From assembly GCA_963789955.1 (NCBI GenBank), contig CAWBMV010000017.1:99716-163715 (forward strand): a DNA stretch of 64,000 nt. The letters run 5' to 3'. The notes below the pieces were generated by a model. The model was not told the DNA's origin and searched no databases. It saw only the letters and a program-made list of their open reading frames with translations. This DNA comes from an uncultured Candidatus Rokubacteria bacterium (GTDB lineage Bacteria; Methylomirabilota; Methylomirabilia; Rokubacteriales; CSP1-6). Positions 32,821-44,980 of the stretch are shown here, one piece after another. The position numbers and the translations under genes are program-made. How positions within the stretch are numbered: position 1 is the stretch's first letter; each line of letters begins with the position of its first letter.

Positions 32821-35109
32821 TCAGCACTCGTTGAAGCCGCACGAGAGGCACTTCTTGCAGCCTTCCTCGTACACGAACGTCGCCTGGCCGCACTCCTTGC
32901 AGAGATCGCCGATCTGCTTGCGTGAGGCAGCGGATGCCGGAGCCTCGGGCAGCGGCTTGACCTCACCGATGTGCTCGGCCAGGGTGCGCGACAGCGCGTC
33001 CGGCAGCGAGAGGATCTTGTCGGGGCCGAAGCCCGTCGGCTGGCCGCCTCCGATGCGGGCGAGCTGGCTGATCACCTCTTCGAGCCGCCGCTGAGCGGAG
33101 AGCGGCGAAGGTAGCCTGAGAATGAGCGAAATGAGTCGCCCGAGCGATTCGGCCACCGCCATCGTGTCCGAGCCGCCCTTGCCGACCTGGACGAACACTT
33201 CGAACGGCTCGTGCTCGTCGTTCTCGGTGATCGTGATCCACGCCGTGCCGATCGGTGTCTGGGTCCGGTAGGTCGAGCCCTTGAGGCCGCGGGGACGCGG
33301 CTTGATGACCGGCTGGCCCATCGGGGTGGCGACGGCCGGGCTCTTGTCCTTCTTTCCGACGCCGATGTTCAGGACCTGCTCGCCCTTGCATCCGTCGCGG
33401 AACACGGTGATGCCCAGGCACCCGAGCTCCCACGCCAGGCGGTAGGCGCGCGCCACGTCGTCTTCGCTGGCGTTGTTCGGCAGGTTGATCGTCTTCGAGA
33501 CGCCGTTGTCGGTCGAGCGCTGGAACGCGGCCTGATGGCGCACGTGCCACTCGAAGCCGATCTCGTGCGAGGTCTTGAAGACCTGGGATGCGTGCTCCGG
33601 GAGGCCGCGGATACCGTGGAGCGAGCCGCGCTTGGCGATTTCCTGCATCAGCGCGTCCGAGAAGAACCCCTGCTCCTTCGCGAGCCGCTCGAAGGTCTCG
33701 TTCACGAAGGTGAGCACCCGCTCGCCGTCCGACTGCTTCACACGGTGCTCGAAGGCCAGCGCGAAGATCGGCTCGACGCCGGACGAGCAGCCGGCGATCA
33801 TCGAGATCGTCCCGGTGGGCGCGATCGTCGTGACCGTCGAGTTGCGCATCGGCCGCTGCGCGCGATAGATCGAACGGTCCCAGTTCGTGAACGTGCCGCG
33901 CTCGTCGGCCAGCTTCGCCGACTGATCGTGCGACGTCTCCTTCACGAACGCCATGAGCCGGTCGGCGAGGTCGATCGCTTCCTGGGAATCGTACGGGATG
34001 CCCATCGTGAACAGGAGATCGGCCCAGCCCATGATGCCCAGACCGATCCGACGGTTGGCCTTCACGGTCTCGTCGATCACCGGCAGCGGGTACGGGTTCA
34101 TCTCGATGACGTCGTCGAGGAAGCGCACCGCGAGCCGCACCACCCGCTCCATCTCGTCCCAGTCGACCGACCACTCGCCCGCGTCGCTCCGCCGGGCGAA
34201 CTTCGAGACGTTGAGCGAGCCGAGATTGCACGCCTCGTTCGGCAAGAGCGGCTGCTCGCCGCATGGATTCGTCGCCTCGACCACGCCGATCGCCGGCGTC
34301 GGGTTCGCGGGGCTCGCGTTGATCCGGTCGATGAAGACCATGCCCGGATCCCCGGTGCGCCAGGCGGCCCGGACGATGCGATCGAAGACCTCTTTCGCCA
34401 GCAGCCGGCCCGTGACCGCACCGCTGTGCGGGTTGATCAAGTCGTACTCGCTGCCCGACGCGAGCGCGTCCATGAAGCGGTCGGTCACCGCCACGGAGAT
34501 GTTGAAGTTGGTGATGCCGCCGTCGAGCTTGCAGTCGATGAACTCGAGGATGTCCGGGTGATCGACCCGGAGGATCCCCATGTTCGCCCCGCGGCGCGTT
34601 CCGCCCTGCTTCACCGCCTCGGTCGCGCTGTTGAAGACCTTCAGGAAGGAGACGGGGCCCGACGCGCGGCCGCCGGTCGACGCGACGATGTCGTCCTTCG
34701 GGCGCAGCCGCGAGAACGCGAACCCGGTCCCGCCGCCCGACTTGTGGATGATCGCCGCCGCCTTGACGGAGTCGAAGATCTCCTCCATCGAGTCGCCGAC
34801 GGGCAGCACGTAGCACGCGGAGTACTGCAGGCCGTTGCCCTTGCCGGCATTCATGAGGGTGGGCGAGTTCGGCAGGAAGTTGCCCTCGATCATGATGTCG
34901 TAGAACGCCGTCGCGATCTCCCGGACCGCCGCTTCGCTCCGCCCGTACCGCGCCTCACCCCGCGCGATCGTGAGCGCGACGCGCCAGCACATCTCCTCCG
35001 GGGTCTCGACCACCTCGCCCCCCTGCCTCGTCAAATAGCGCTCCCTCAGAACCCGCAAGGCAGGCTCGGTCCACTTGCCGACTTTCGCTGGGCGAGTTTC
35101 CGACAACAT
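32821..35109 (-). CDS. nrdJ: Class II (B12-dependent) ribonucleotide reductase with TSCPD/zinc-ribbon C-terminus
   Basis: Motifs PNSPTLMNAG, SACYV, TNPCGEQ, EACNLGS, TIAPTGTIS, CKECG...EGCKKCLSCG. GGAGG RBS before ATG 35109. Confidence 0.95.
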   Translation of the reverse strand: MLSETRPAKVGKWTEPALRVLRERYLTRQGGEVVETPEEMCWRVALTIARGEARYGRSEAAVREIATAFYDIMIEGNFLPNSPTLMNAGKGNGLQYSACYVLPVGDSMEEIFDSVKAAAIIHKSGGGTGFAFSRLRPKDDIVASTGGRASGPVSFLKVFNSATEAVKQGGTRRGANMGILRVDHPDILEFIDCKLDGGITNFNISVAVTDRFMDALASGSEYDLINPHSGAVTGRLLAKEVFDRIVRAAWRTGDPGMVFIDRINASPANPTPAIGVVEATNPCGEQPLLPNEACNLGSLNVSKFARRSDAGEWSVDWDEMERVVRLAVRFLDDVIEMNPYPLPVIDETVKANRRIGLGIMGWADLLFTMGIPYDSQEAIDLADRLMAFVKETSHDQSAKLADERGTFTNWDRSIYRAQRPMRNSTVTTIAPTGTISMIAGCSSGVEPIFALAFEHRVKQSDGERVLTFVNETFERLAKEQGFFSDALMQEIAKRGSLHGIRGLPEHASQVFKTSHEIGFEWHVRHQAAFQRSTDNGVSKTINLPNNASEDDVARAYRLAWELGCLGITVFRDGCKGEQVLNIGVGKKDKSPAVATPMGQPVIKPRPRGLKGSTYRTQTPIGTAWITITENDEHEPFEVFVQVGKGGSDTMAVAESLGRLISLILRLPSPLSAQRRLEEVISQLARIGGGQPTGFGPDKILSLPDALSRTLAEHIGEVKPLPEAPASAASRKQIGDLCKECGQATFVYEEGCKKCLSCGFNEC

Positions 35110-35149
35110 TCGAGGCCTCCTCTCCAATGATAGCGGCAGAAGCTTCAGG

Positions 35150-35197
35150 TCACTACATCTTGTGGTGTGCGCGAATCTAGCACGCTGAATCTAGCGT
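35150..35197. promoter_or_regulatory. Tandem NrdR boxes overlapping the nrdJ promoter
   Basis: TCACTACATCTTGTGG (35150-35165) and ACGCTGAATCTAGCGT (35182-35197) start 32 bp apart and resemble acaCwAtATaTwGtgt. Candidate TTGACG and TAGATT hexamers flank box 2. Confidence 0.75.
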
Positions 35198-35300
35198 CCG
35201 TCAAGAAAAAAGGTATCCACCGCGCATCCACCGACTGTCCACCGACGCGCGCCAACCTCTTTCCGAGGCGCCCAACGCCGCATGGTATTCTCTTGTGCCT

Positions 35301-36685
35301 ATGTCCAGTCCTCGGAGCATCGCGTCGTTCACGCCGATCGCTTCCTTCGTTTTCGTAATGTTGACGGGCGTTGCCGGCGCACAGACTCCGACACCGGCGC
35401 CGCCGACGCAAACGCCCGCGCAGCAGACGCCCGCGCCCGCGCCGGCGTCCGCTGCGGGTCGCCGGCCGCGTGCTCACACTCGACGAATGCATCGCGATCG
35501 CGCTCGAGGCGCAGCCGCGCATCCAGGCGACGCTCGCCGACTATGCCGCGGCGCGCTATCGCGTGAATCAGGCCTTCTCGCCGCTGCTCCCGCAGCTCAG
35601 CGGCGTCGTGAGCGCGACGCGAAGCAACATCCCGACCGTCGCCACCAACGCCGCGGGCACGAACGTGACCATCACGCAAACGCGACAGTTCGGCGACAGC
35701 TTCCTCGCCCAGGTTCAGCTCTCGCAGCTCCTCTTCGACTTCGGCAAGAGTCTGGCGGCGACCGACGCGGCGCGAAAGCTCGCGGAGGTCGCGGTCGAGG
35801 ACGTCGAGCTCCAGCGGCAGCTGATCTCCTTGACGGTGAAGGAGGCGTACACGAATACCCTCTTCAGCCAGCGGCTGATCCGCGTGCAGGAGCAGGCGGT
35901 CGAGCGCGCCGAGCTGAACCTGAGATCGGCCAAGGGATTCTTCGACGTGGGCACGCGCCCCAAATCGGACGTCGCGCGCGCCGAGGTGGACGTGGCGAAT
36001 GCCCGCGTCGACCTCATCAGGGCACGGAACGCGCTGCGCCAGGCGCTCGTCGCGCTCAACATCGCGATGGCGATCGACGTGGATGCGCCGACCCAGATCG
36101 TCGACAACCTGATCTACCAGCCGGTGACGATCGATCGCCAGAGGCTCCGCGCCGATTCGCTCCGACAGCGTCCCGAATACCGGCAGTCCAAGCTGCGCGC
36201 GTCCGCCGCCGAGGCGCTGGAGCGGCAGACCTTCCGTAACTTCTTTCCCGATGTCACCGGGACCGGCGCCTACGGCGGCGCGCAGACGCCAGCTCAACGA
36301 GGCGTGGTCGGTCGGCCTGGCGTTGAACTGGAGCCTCTTCGACGGCGGCAACCGGATCGCGCGCTACAACGAGGCGAAGGCCAACGTCGAAGGCGCGAAG
36401 GCGCGGGTCAAGTCGACCGAGCTCGACATCATCCAGAACGTCGAGCAGGCCGAGATCGCCGTCGAGGAAGCCCAGGAGCGGATCCTGGCGGCTCAGACCT
36501 TGGTGGCGTCGGCCCAGGAGAATTTCCGGCTGGCCCAGGGCCGGTTCGACGCCGGCGTCGGCACGATCCTCGAGCTGACCGACGCGCAGCTCGCGCTCAC
36601 CCAGGCGCAGAACACCGAAAGCCAGGCCCTGGCCGACTACCGGATCGCGCTCGCGAGGCTGGATCGTGCGGTTGGTCTCCGCTGA
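35301..36685 (+). CDS. TolC-family outer membrane efflux protein (frameshifts near 35450 and 36285)
   Basis: LTLDECIAIAL, QLLFDFGK, NWSLFDGG, GRFDAGVGTILELTDAQ. Confidence 0.88.
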
Positions 36686-36727
36686 CCCCGAGGAAACAGT
36701 TCGCCCGCCACGACGTCTAACAAGTTG

Positions 36728-38384
36728 ATGAAGCGGGTCGTTTCTCTCGTCGTCGTCGCGCTGCTGGTGGGGGCGCGGTGTGGGGCTACCTCTACGCGCA
36801 GAGTCGCGGCAGCGTCCCCAAATTCCGGATGGTCCGCGTCGAGCGCGGTCCCCTCACCGCCGCGGTCTCGGCGACCGGCAACCTCAACGCGGTCATCACG
36901 GTGCAGGTCGGCAGCCAGGTGTCCGGCCAGATCAAAGAACTCCTGGTCGACTTCAACTCGATCGTGAAGAAGAACCAGGTCATCGCGCGCATCGACCCGG
37001 ACATCTTCGTGGCCAAGGTCAACCAGGCGAAGGCCGACCTCGATTCGGCCAAGGCCATGGTGCTGAATCAGGAGGCGCAGGTCGAGCGGGCCCGCGCCGA
37101 CGTCGAGAACGCGCGCGCCGCCTATTCCGAGTCGAAGGCCCAGACGGCCAAGGCCCAGGTCGCGGTCGTCGACGCCAAGCGCGATTTCGACCGCAAGACG
37201 GAGCTGTTCGCCAGAAAGCTCATCGCGCGGAGCGATCTGGACTCCTCGCAGGCCGCGCACGACTCCGCCATCGCGCAGGTCGAGTCGGCGAAGGCGCACG
37301 AGCAGGCGCTCGATTCGGCGATCCAGTCGGCGACCGCTCAGCTTCGCGTCGTCCAGGCCATGCTGGCATCGGCGCGCGCGGGTGTCGACCAGAAGAACGC
37401 CGCGCTCAAGCAGGCGCAGGTCGATCTCGATCACACGACGATCCTGGCGCCGGTGGACGGTGTCGTGGTCTCGCGTCAAGTCGACGTCGGCCAGACGGTC
37501 GCGGCGAGCCTGCAGGCGCCGATCCTGTTCACGATCGCCCAGGACCTGACGAAGATGCAGGTCGAGACGAGCGTGGACGAGGCGGACATCGGCCGGCTCA
37601 AGCTGGACGATCGCGCGAACTTCACGGTCGACGCGTTTCCCGGGCGAGACGTTCACGGGCACCGTGACCCAGATCCGCAAGGCGCCTCAGGTGGTCCAGA
37701 ACGTCGTGACCTACACGGTCATCGTGGGCGTCGAGAATCCGTCGGGCAAGCTGATGCCGGGGATGACGGCCAACGTGAAGCTCGTCGTCGCCCAGAAGGC
37801 CAACGCCCTCAAGATCCCGAACGCCGCGCTCCGGTTCCGGCCGGCGGGTGTCGACGCGCCGACACCGGCCGGGCCGGGGCGGGCGGCGCCTCGGGGACCG
37901 GGGGTGGCGGCGCGCGGGTGGTGCGCCACCCTCGGTGGAGCAAATCCGTGAGCGCCTCGTCAAGGGGCTCGGTCTCACCGAGGACCAGCAGAAGAAGCTC
38001 GAGCCGATCTTACTCGAGGGCCGCGAGCAGCTGCGGAGCCTTCAGGGTCTGCCCGACGCCGAGCGCCGGCCGAAGGCGCAGAAGATCCGCGAAGCCCAGC
38101 GCGCGCGCATTCGCGAGCTCCTCACCGACGATCAGAAGGTGCGGTACGACGAGATGACGGCGACCGCCGGCGAAGTCCGCAGCGGCACCGCCGGCCGCGT
38201 CTGGGTCATCGGGCCCGACGGCAAGCCGGCCGCGATCACCCTCACGCTCGGGCTCAGCGACGGAGCCTCGACCGAAGTGCTGCGCGGCGACGTGCGCGAG
38301 GGCCAGGAAGTCATCGTCGGGTCCGCGGGCGGGACCGGTCGCGGCGCCCAGCCCCAGCAAGGCGCGCCGCGTCTGAGGCTCTAG
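36728..38384 (+). CDS. Efflux periplasmic adaptor (MacA/HlyD-like; several frameshifts)
   Basis: VQVGSQVSGQI, long alpha-hairpin, APVDGVV...GQTVAASLQAP, LMPGMTANV, LGLSDG. Confidence 0.85.
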
Positions 38385-38386
38385 CC

Positions 38387-39132
<746 letters not shown>

Positions 39133-39136
<4 letters not shown>

Positions 39137-40367
39137 ACATCTGGCAGAGCGTCCGTATCGCGGGCCGCGCCCTCCGCGTCAACAAGCTGCGGAGCGCCCT
39201 GACGATGCTCGGCATCATCATCGGCGTCAGCGCGGTGATCGCCATGGTCGGCGTCGGCTCCGGCGCCCAGGCCCGCGTCGCGGAGCAGATCCAGAGCCTC
39301 GGGTCGAACCTGATCATCGTGCTGTCGGGCAGCACGAACAGCGCCGGCGTCCGGCTCGGCATGGGCAGCCAGCTCACGATCTCGGAGGACGATGCCGACC
39401 GCGATCGCGCGAGAGATCCCGAGTGTGCAGGCGGCCGCGGGATCGGTCCGGGGCAATGCGCAGGTCGTCTACGGCAATCTCAACTGGGCCACCCAGATCC
39501 AGGGCGTCACGCCCTCGTACTTCGAGGCGCGCGACTGGCCCGTCGACGAGGGCCGTCCGGTGCTCCAGGAAGACGTGGACGGCGCGACCAAGGTCGCCCT
39601 GCTCGGCCAGACGACGGCGCTCAACCTGTTCGGGGAGTCCGACCCTCTGGGCCAGATCATCCGGATCAAGAAGGTCCCCTTCACGGTGATCGGCATTCTC
39701 TCGCGCAAGGGACAAAACTCGTGGGGGCAGGATCAGGACGACATCATCCTGGTCCCGCTCTCGACGGCGAAGAAGAAGGTGCTCGGCGTGAGCCAGGCCA
39801 ACGCCCGCGCGGTCGGCTCGATCTCGGTCAAGGTGCGCCCCGGCGAGGACATGAGCGAGGCCGAGGATCAGATCCGCGGGCTCCTGCGCCAGCGCCACCG
39901 GCTCCAGCCGTTCCAGGACGACGACTTCTGGCTCCGGAACCTTTCCGAGATCCTCCAGACTCAGGAAGAGTCGTCGCGGGTGATGACCTATCTGCTGGCG
40001 GCGATCGCGTCCGTCTCGCTGCTGGTGGGCGGCATCGGCATCATGAACATCATGCTGGTGTCGGTGACCGAGCGCACGCGCGAGATCGGTCTGCGCATGG
40101 CGGTCGGCGCCCGGCGCCGGCACATCCTGCTGCAGTTCCTGATCGAGGCGATCACGCTCTCGCTGATCGGCGGCATCGCCGGCATCGCGCTCGGCGTCGC
40201 CGGCTCCGAAGCGATCAGCTATTTCGCCGAGTGGCGCACGCTTGGTCGCGCCCGAGTCGATCCTGATCGCGTTCGGCTTCGCCGCGGCGATCGGCATCTT
40301 CTTCGGCTTCTACCCGGCCCGCAAAGCCTCGCGGCTGGATCCGATCGAAGCGCTGCGCTACGAATAG
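39133..40367 (+). CDS. MacB/FtsX-family ABC permease (frameshifts near 39395 and 40245)
   Basis: [55 protein letters not shown]. Confidence 0.9.
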
Positions 40368-40418
40368 CCCCGCGCAGAATGGGGCGCCGCGCCCGTCTCC
40401 TGCTATTTTGGAGGGGCG

Positions 40419-40887
40419 ATGGCCCGTCGCGCGCCGCCGCCGGCGAAAGACTCGAAAAGCCTCCAAGCGCAAGACGCGCCGGATCCGCGTCACGCTCCCG
40501 CGGCCCACCCGCGCCGAGACGCTCCTGCTGACCCTCGCGAAGGATCTCGCCGAGGCCCCGCTCGACCGCGCGCTCCGAAAGCTCGCCGACGCGTTCACGC
40601 CGACCGCCGACCTGCCTCGCGAGGTCTACGCGGCCTGGACCAAGAGCCGGCGCGAGAAGACGGCGTCACTGGCCCTCAGCTGGGCGCGCGAGCAGGTACG
40701 GCTGAGCCTCGAGGAGACCATCGCGCGCGCGCCGAGGGCGCGCCCGGCTCTCGGGCTCGCGCCCGACACCCTGGCGTGGCTCCTGCTCGCGGCGTGCGAG
40801 GCGATCGCCCACGAGCCGCCGTCGGCGGTCGCCGATCGCGTTCGGACGGTGCTCGAGCTCAGCGGTCACGCCGCGCCGGGCGGCTGA
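40419..40887 (+). CDS. Hypothetical protein with an Arg/Lys-rich N-terminus and a helical TetR-C-like body (probable early frameshift)
   Basis: GGAGGGG RBS before ATG 40419. The 40408 frame reads RRRRRKTRKASKRKTRRIRVTL...WAREQVRLSLEE...LAWLLLAACEA. Confidence 0.55.
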
Positions 40888-41314
40888 GCGCTTCCAGGAG
40901 CAGCACCGCGGCGCCCGCGAGCATCGTGAGGCCGTTGAGCTGGACCGATGACCGGTGGGCGAGCGCGAACGCGGTGTCGTCGCGGGTGCGCCGCGCCGAT
41001 TCGGCGCGCGGCAGGACCACGATCGAGGCCCAGAGCAAGAGGCCGAGCATCGTTCCGCAGAGCGCGACGCCGGCGAGCGCGCGCCCGCGCGGCCTCATGC
41101 CCGACACCGTCAGGACCGCGGAGGCGGTCAGCGCGATCGCGCACAGGACGATTCCCCAGTCGTAGTAGCGCGGGAGCACCGCGGATACGAGCTGGCCCGC
41201 GACGCCGCGGTCGATCACCCGGAAGGCGAGCGGCGCGACGGCGAACGAGAAGAACGTGCTGATCGCGAGCCAGCCGGCGATACAGACCACGACGAGTACG
41301 CGCAAGATATCCAT
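40859..41314 (-). CDS. DUF4149/TMEM205-like membrane protein
   Basis: Four TM helices; FFSFAVAPLAF...AGQLVSAVLPRYY...FALAHRSSVQLN. Confidence 0.75.
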   Translation of the reverse strand: MDILRVLVVVCIAGWLAISTFFSFAVAPLAFRVIDRGVAGQLVSAVLPRYYDWGIVLCAIALTASAVLTVSGMRPRGRALAGVALCGTMLGLLLWASIVVLPRAESARRTRDDTAFALAHRSSVQLNGLTMLAGAAVLLLEALSRPARRDR

Positions 41315-41362
41315 CGATCCCCCTTTGGGCGACGCCGTCTCCCGTTCGGCCACGCGGCGACC

Positions 41363-42693
41363 CTACCGTCGTCCCGCGGCGCGATCCAGCTGGGCCAGCG
41401 CGATGCGATAGTCGGCGAGGGCCTGCGGCCTCGGTATTCTGCGCCTGCGTGAGCGCGAGCTGGGCGTCGGTCAGCTCGAGGATCGTCCCGACGCCGACGT
41501 CGAACCGACCCTGGGCGAGCCGGAAGTTTTCCTGGGACGACGCGATCAGCACGCGCGCCGCCTGGATGCGCTCCTGGGCGGCCTCGACGGCGATCTCCGC
41601 CTGCTCGAGATTCTGGATGAGCGTCAGCTCCGCGACCTTGACGCGGGCGTTGGCGGCGCCGTGAATGGCCTTCGCTTCGTCGTAGGCCGCGATCAGATTG
41701 CCGCCGTCGAAGATGTTCCAGGTGAACGCGAGCCCGAGCGACCAGTTGGGATTCAGCTCGAGCTGCGATCCGCCGTAGGAGCCGGTCCCGCTGACATTCG
41801 GCAGGAAGTTGCGCGACGCCACCTGGACCCCCGCCGCGGCGGCCGAGCTCTGCAGCTTCGCCTGCCGGTACTCCGGGCTCTGCCTGAGCGCTTCCGCCCG
41901 GAGCGCCGCCCGGTCGATCGTCGTCGGCTCGTATTCGAGATTGTCCTTGATCTCGGTCGGAGTGCTCGCGTCGATCGCCATCGCCGTGTTGAGCGAGACC
42001 CGCGCGATCTTGAGCGCGTTGCGCGCGTTGATCAGATCGACCTTCGCGTTGGCCACGTCGACCTCGGCGCGGACGGCCGTCGACAGCGGTTGGGTCCCCA
42101 CGTCGACGAAGCCCTTCGCCGACGCCAGGTTGAGCTCGGCGCGCTCGAGCGCCTGCTCCTGCACGCGGATCAACCGCTGGGCCAGCAGGATGTTGGTGTA
42201 CGCCTCCTTCACCGTGAGCGCGATCAGCTGGCGCTGGAGCTCGACGCCTTCCGCCGACACCTCGGCGAGCTTTCGCGCCACCTGCGTGGTCGCGAGCGTC
42301 TTGCCGAAGTCGAAGAGCAGCTGCGACAGCTGGACCTGCGCCAGGAACGTGTCGGCCGGCTGGCGGCTGATCTGCACCGCGGCGACGCGGCCCATTGTCA
42401 ACGTCGTGGGGATGGTGCTGGTGTTGCTGCGTGTCGCCGTCACCGAGCCCGCGAGCTGCGGCAGGAGCGGCGCGAACGCTTCACGGACCCGCGCCCGCGC
42501 GGCCGCGTAGTCGTAGAGGGTGGCCTGGATCGCCGGCTGAGCCTCCAGGGCGATGGCGATGCACTCCTCGATCGAGAGCGCTTGCCCGGCGACCCGCGGG
42601 GCGGCCGGGACGGGCGCCGCCTGAGCGAGCGCGACCGCGGGCAGGCTCGCAGACGAGGAGGAGTGTCAGAAACGAAGCTCGCAGGGTCATCAT
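41363..42693 (-). CDS. Second TolC-family protein (frameshifts near 42640 and 41425)
   Basis: LSIEECIAIAL, FLAQVQLSQLLFDFGK, GRFDVGVGTILELTDAQ. GGAGG RBS. Confidence 0.88.
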
Positions 42694-42769
42694 TCGCATT
42701 CCTCCATGGACGAGTTCGTGGCGACGGCGTCGATACGACTCCGCGCGAGGCCCGCAACACTCGTTGCGG

Positions 42770-43693
42770 CTAATCGAGAGCGAGCACGCGCTCGGCGAAG
42801 AGCTCGGTCATGCCCGTGGCCGGGAAATCGGCGAAGCCGAGCATGAGATCAGTGGCGCCGGCGGCCGCGTACTCCGCGATCCGCGCGCGCACGGCGTCCG
42901 GCGTACCGATCAACGCCGTCTCGAGGATCGCCGCGCCGTCCTCGATGCCGCGGGCGGCGCAGAACTGACGGCGCGCCTGATCCGCCGCGGCTTCGGTGAT
43001 GCCGACGACGACATCAACCTCGACCGAGCGGCGATAGTCCCACCACGGCCGTCCCGCATCCTCGAGCAGGCTCCGGAGGCGGCCCCAGCGGAGCGCGAAC
43101 GCCCCCGGCGTCAGATACGAGGCTTCCCAGCCCGCCGCCCGCTGTGCGGCGACGCGGAGCGCCCCTGGACCCATGGCCGCGAGCCAGATCGGGGGCCCCG
43201 GCTTCTGGACCGGCGGCGGCTCGAGCCGCGCGTGACGGAGCGAGTAGAAGCGGCCCTCGTAGTCGACGGGCTCGCCGGTCCAGAGCTGCTCGAGGATCTC
43301 GATCGTCTCGGCGGCGAGCGCGACGCGCGTCGGCGCATCCGGATACGGGATCGCGTGGCTTCGCCACGCCGCCACCGTCGCCGAATCCTCGGCGCCCACG
43401 GCGAGCCGCAGGTCGAGGCGGCCACCGGAGAGATGATCGACGGTGACCGCGCGCTTGGCGAGCCACGACGGATGATGAGACGACGGATCGAAGCAATACG
43501 TTACAGCCGGGCCGAGCCGGGCGCGCCGGGTGAGGCCCGCGAGCGCGCCGAGCATCGTCCAGCCGTCGTGCGTCCATCCCCAGAGCCCGTCCCCGTACGT
43601 GACGCGCGCGTAGCCGAGCTCGTCGACCGTCCGCCAGTAGTGCCGGAGCGCGACGACGTCGGTTCCCCAGGTTTGAACACCGAACGAGATCAC
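42770..43693 (-). CDS. LLM-class flavin/F420-dependent oxidoreductase
   Basis: LAKRAVTVDHLSGGRL, PVQKPGPPIWLAAMGP, IGTPDAV. Confidence 0.85.
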   Translation of the reverse strand: MISFGVQTWGTDVVALRHYWRTVDELGYARVTYGDGLWGWTHDGWTMLGALAGLTRRARLGPAVTYCFDPSSHHPSWLAKRAVTVDHLSGGRLDLRLAVGAEDSATVAAWRSHAIPYPDAPTRVALAAETIEILEQLWTGEPVDYEGRFYSLRHARLEPPPVQKPGPPIWLAAMGPGALRVAAQRAAGWEASYLTPGAFALRWGRLRSLLEDAGRPWWDYRRSVEVDVVVGITEAAADQARRQFCAARGIEDGAAILETALIGTPDAVRARIAEYAAAGATDLMLGFADFPATGMTELFAERVLALD

Positions 43694-43767
43694 GGACCGA
43701 GGATCACCGACGCATCCGAGGGAGTCAAGATTGACGCGCCTCGCGGCCGACGGTAGAGTGCGCCGCG

Positions 43768-44336
43768 ATGCGAGTCCGCTCGCTGGCCCTCGTCGCCGTC
43801 GTCCTCGCGGCCGGTTCGCCGGCGGGAGCTCAGACGCCGGTCGACGCGGCGCGCGCCCTCGTCGCTCGCTACCACGAGGATCCCGCGGCGCTCGACCGCG
43901 CGCGCGATCTCCTCGACGCGGCGCTCGCCAAGGACCGGAAGGTCGAGACGATGGCGATGCTCTCGTACGTCCAGTTCCTCATCGGCGACGTGCGGGCGAC
44001 CACCGCCGAGGCCAAGCTCGCCGCGTACGACCGGGGTCGTGAGATCGGCCAGCGGGCCGCCGAGCTCGCGCCCAAGAGCGTCGACGCGCACCTCTGGTAC
44101 GCGATCAATACGGCGCGCTGGGGCGAGACCAAGGGCGTGCTCCGCTCGCTCTTCCTCCTGCCAACGATTCGCCGGGAGCTCGACATCTTGCTCGAGCTCG
44201 ATCCGCGCTTCACCAACGCCGCCGCGAGCTGCAGCGAGTCGTCGACGAGACCAGCCCGTCGGTGATCGCCGACTGGACCGTGAAGGACGCGCCACGAGCC
44301 CGAAAGCTTCTCGAGTCGATCAAGGACCGCACGTAG
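43768..44336 (+). CDS. Secreted TPR-like protein, apparently internally deleted or frameshifted near 44215
   Basis: Signal peptide; AHLWYAINTARWGETKGVLRSLFL. The C-terminus RELQRVVDE...KDAPRARKLLESIKDRT* is in another frame. TTGACG-17-TAGAGT promoter at 43731-43759. Confidence 0.65.
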
Positions 44337-44347
44337 CGATCGGCGTC

Positions 44348-44980
44348 GTGATCCGCCGGCTCCGGCGGCACGCGCCGCGCTGGAACCCGACCGCGCTGGC
44401 GGTTCTCGCCGGACGGGATCGCGATCCGTTCCGTGTCCTCATCGCCTGCATTCTCTCGCTGCGCACGCAGGACACGACGACCGGGCCGGCGTCCGACCGC
44501 CTGTTCGCCGTGGCCGCGACGCCGGAGGCGATGCGGAAGCTGCCCGCACGCCGCATCGAGCGGCTGATCTATCCGGTCGGGTTCTATCGCACGAAGGCGC
44601 GCGTCATCCTCGGAATCTGTCGAGACCTGCTCGAGCGCTTCGAGGGGCGCGTGCCCGACACGATCGACGAGCTCCTCACCCTCAACGGCGTCGGGCGCAA
44701 GACGGCGAATCTCGTCGTGACCATGGGCTACGGCAAGCCCGGGATCTGTGTCGACACGCACGTGCACCGCATCTCGAATCGGCTGGGGTACGTGAAGACC
44801 CGCAACCCCGAAGAGACCGAGATGGCCCTGCGCGGCAAGCTTCCGCGCCGTTACTGGATCGGCTACAACGACCTGCTCGTCTCCTTCGGCCAGAACATTT
44901 GCGTCCCCATCTCCCCCCGCTGCTCCGTGTGCCCCGTGACCACGCTCTGCCCCCGAGTCGGCGTGACCACCAAGCGTTAG
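44348..44980 (+). CDS. nth: Endonuclease III
   Basis: DPFRVLIACILS, HhH LNGVGRKTAN, VDTHVHRI, 4Fe-4S motif CX6CX2CX5C. Start uncertain. Confidence 0.93.
   Translation: MIRRLRRHAPRWNPTALAVLAGRDRDPFRVLIACILSLRTQDTTTGPASDRLFAVAATPEAMRKLPARRIERLIYPVGFYRTKARVILGICRDLLERFEGRVPDTIDELLTLNGVGRKTANLVVTMGYGKPGICVDTHVHRISNRLGYVKTRNPEETEMALRGKLPRRYWIGYNDLLVSFGQNICVPISPRCSVCPVTTLCPRVGVTTKR

Noticed and set aside
35110..35300. Cobalamin riboswitch upstream of nrdJ
   Set aside because: No B12-box or GGGAA core is visible; the region is explained by NrdR boxes and divergent promoters.
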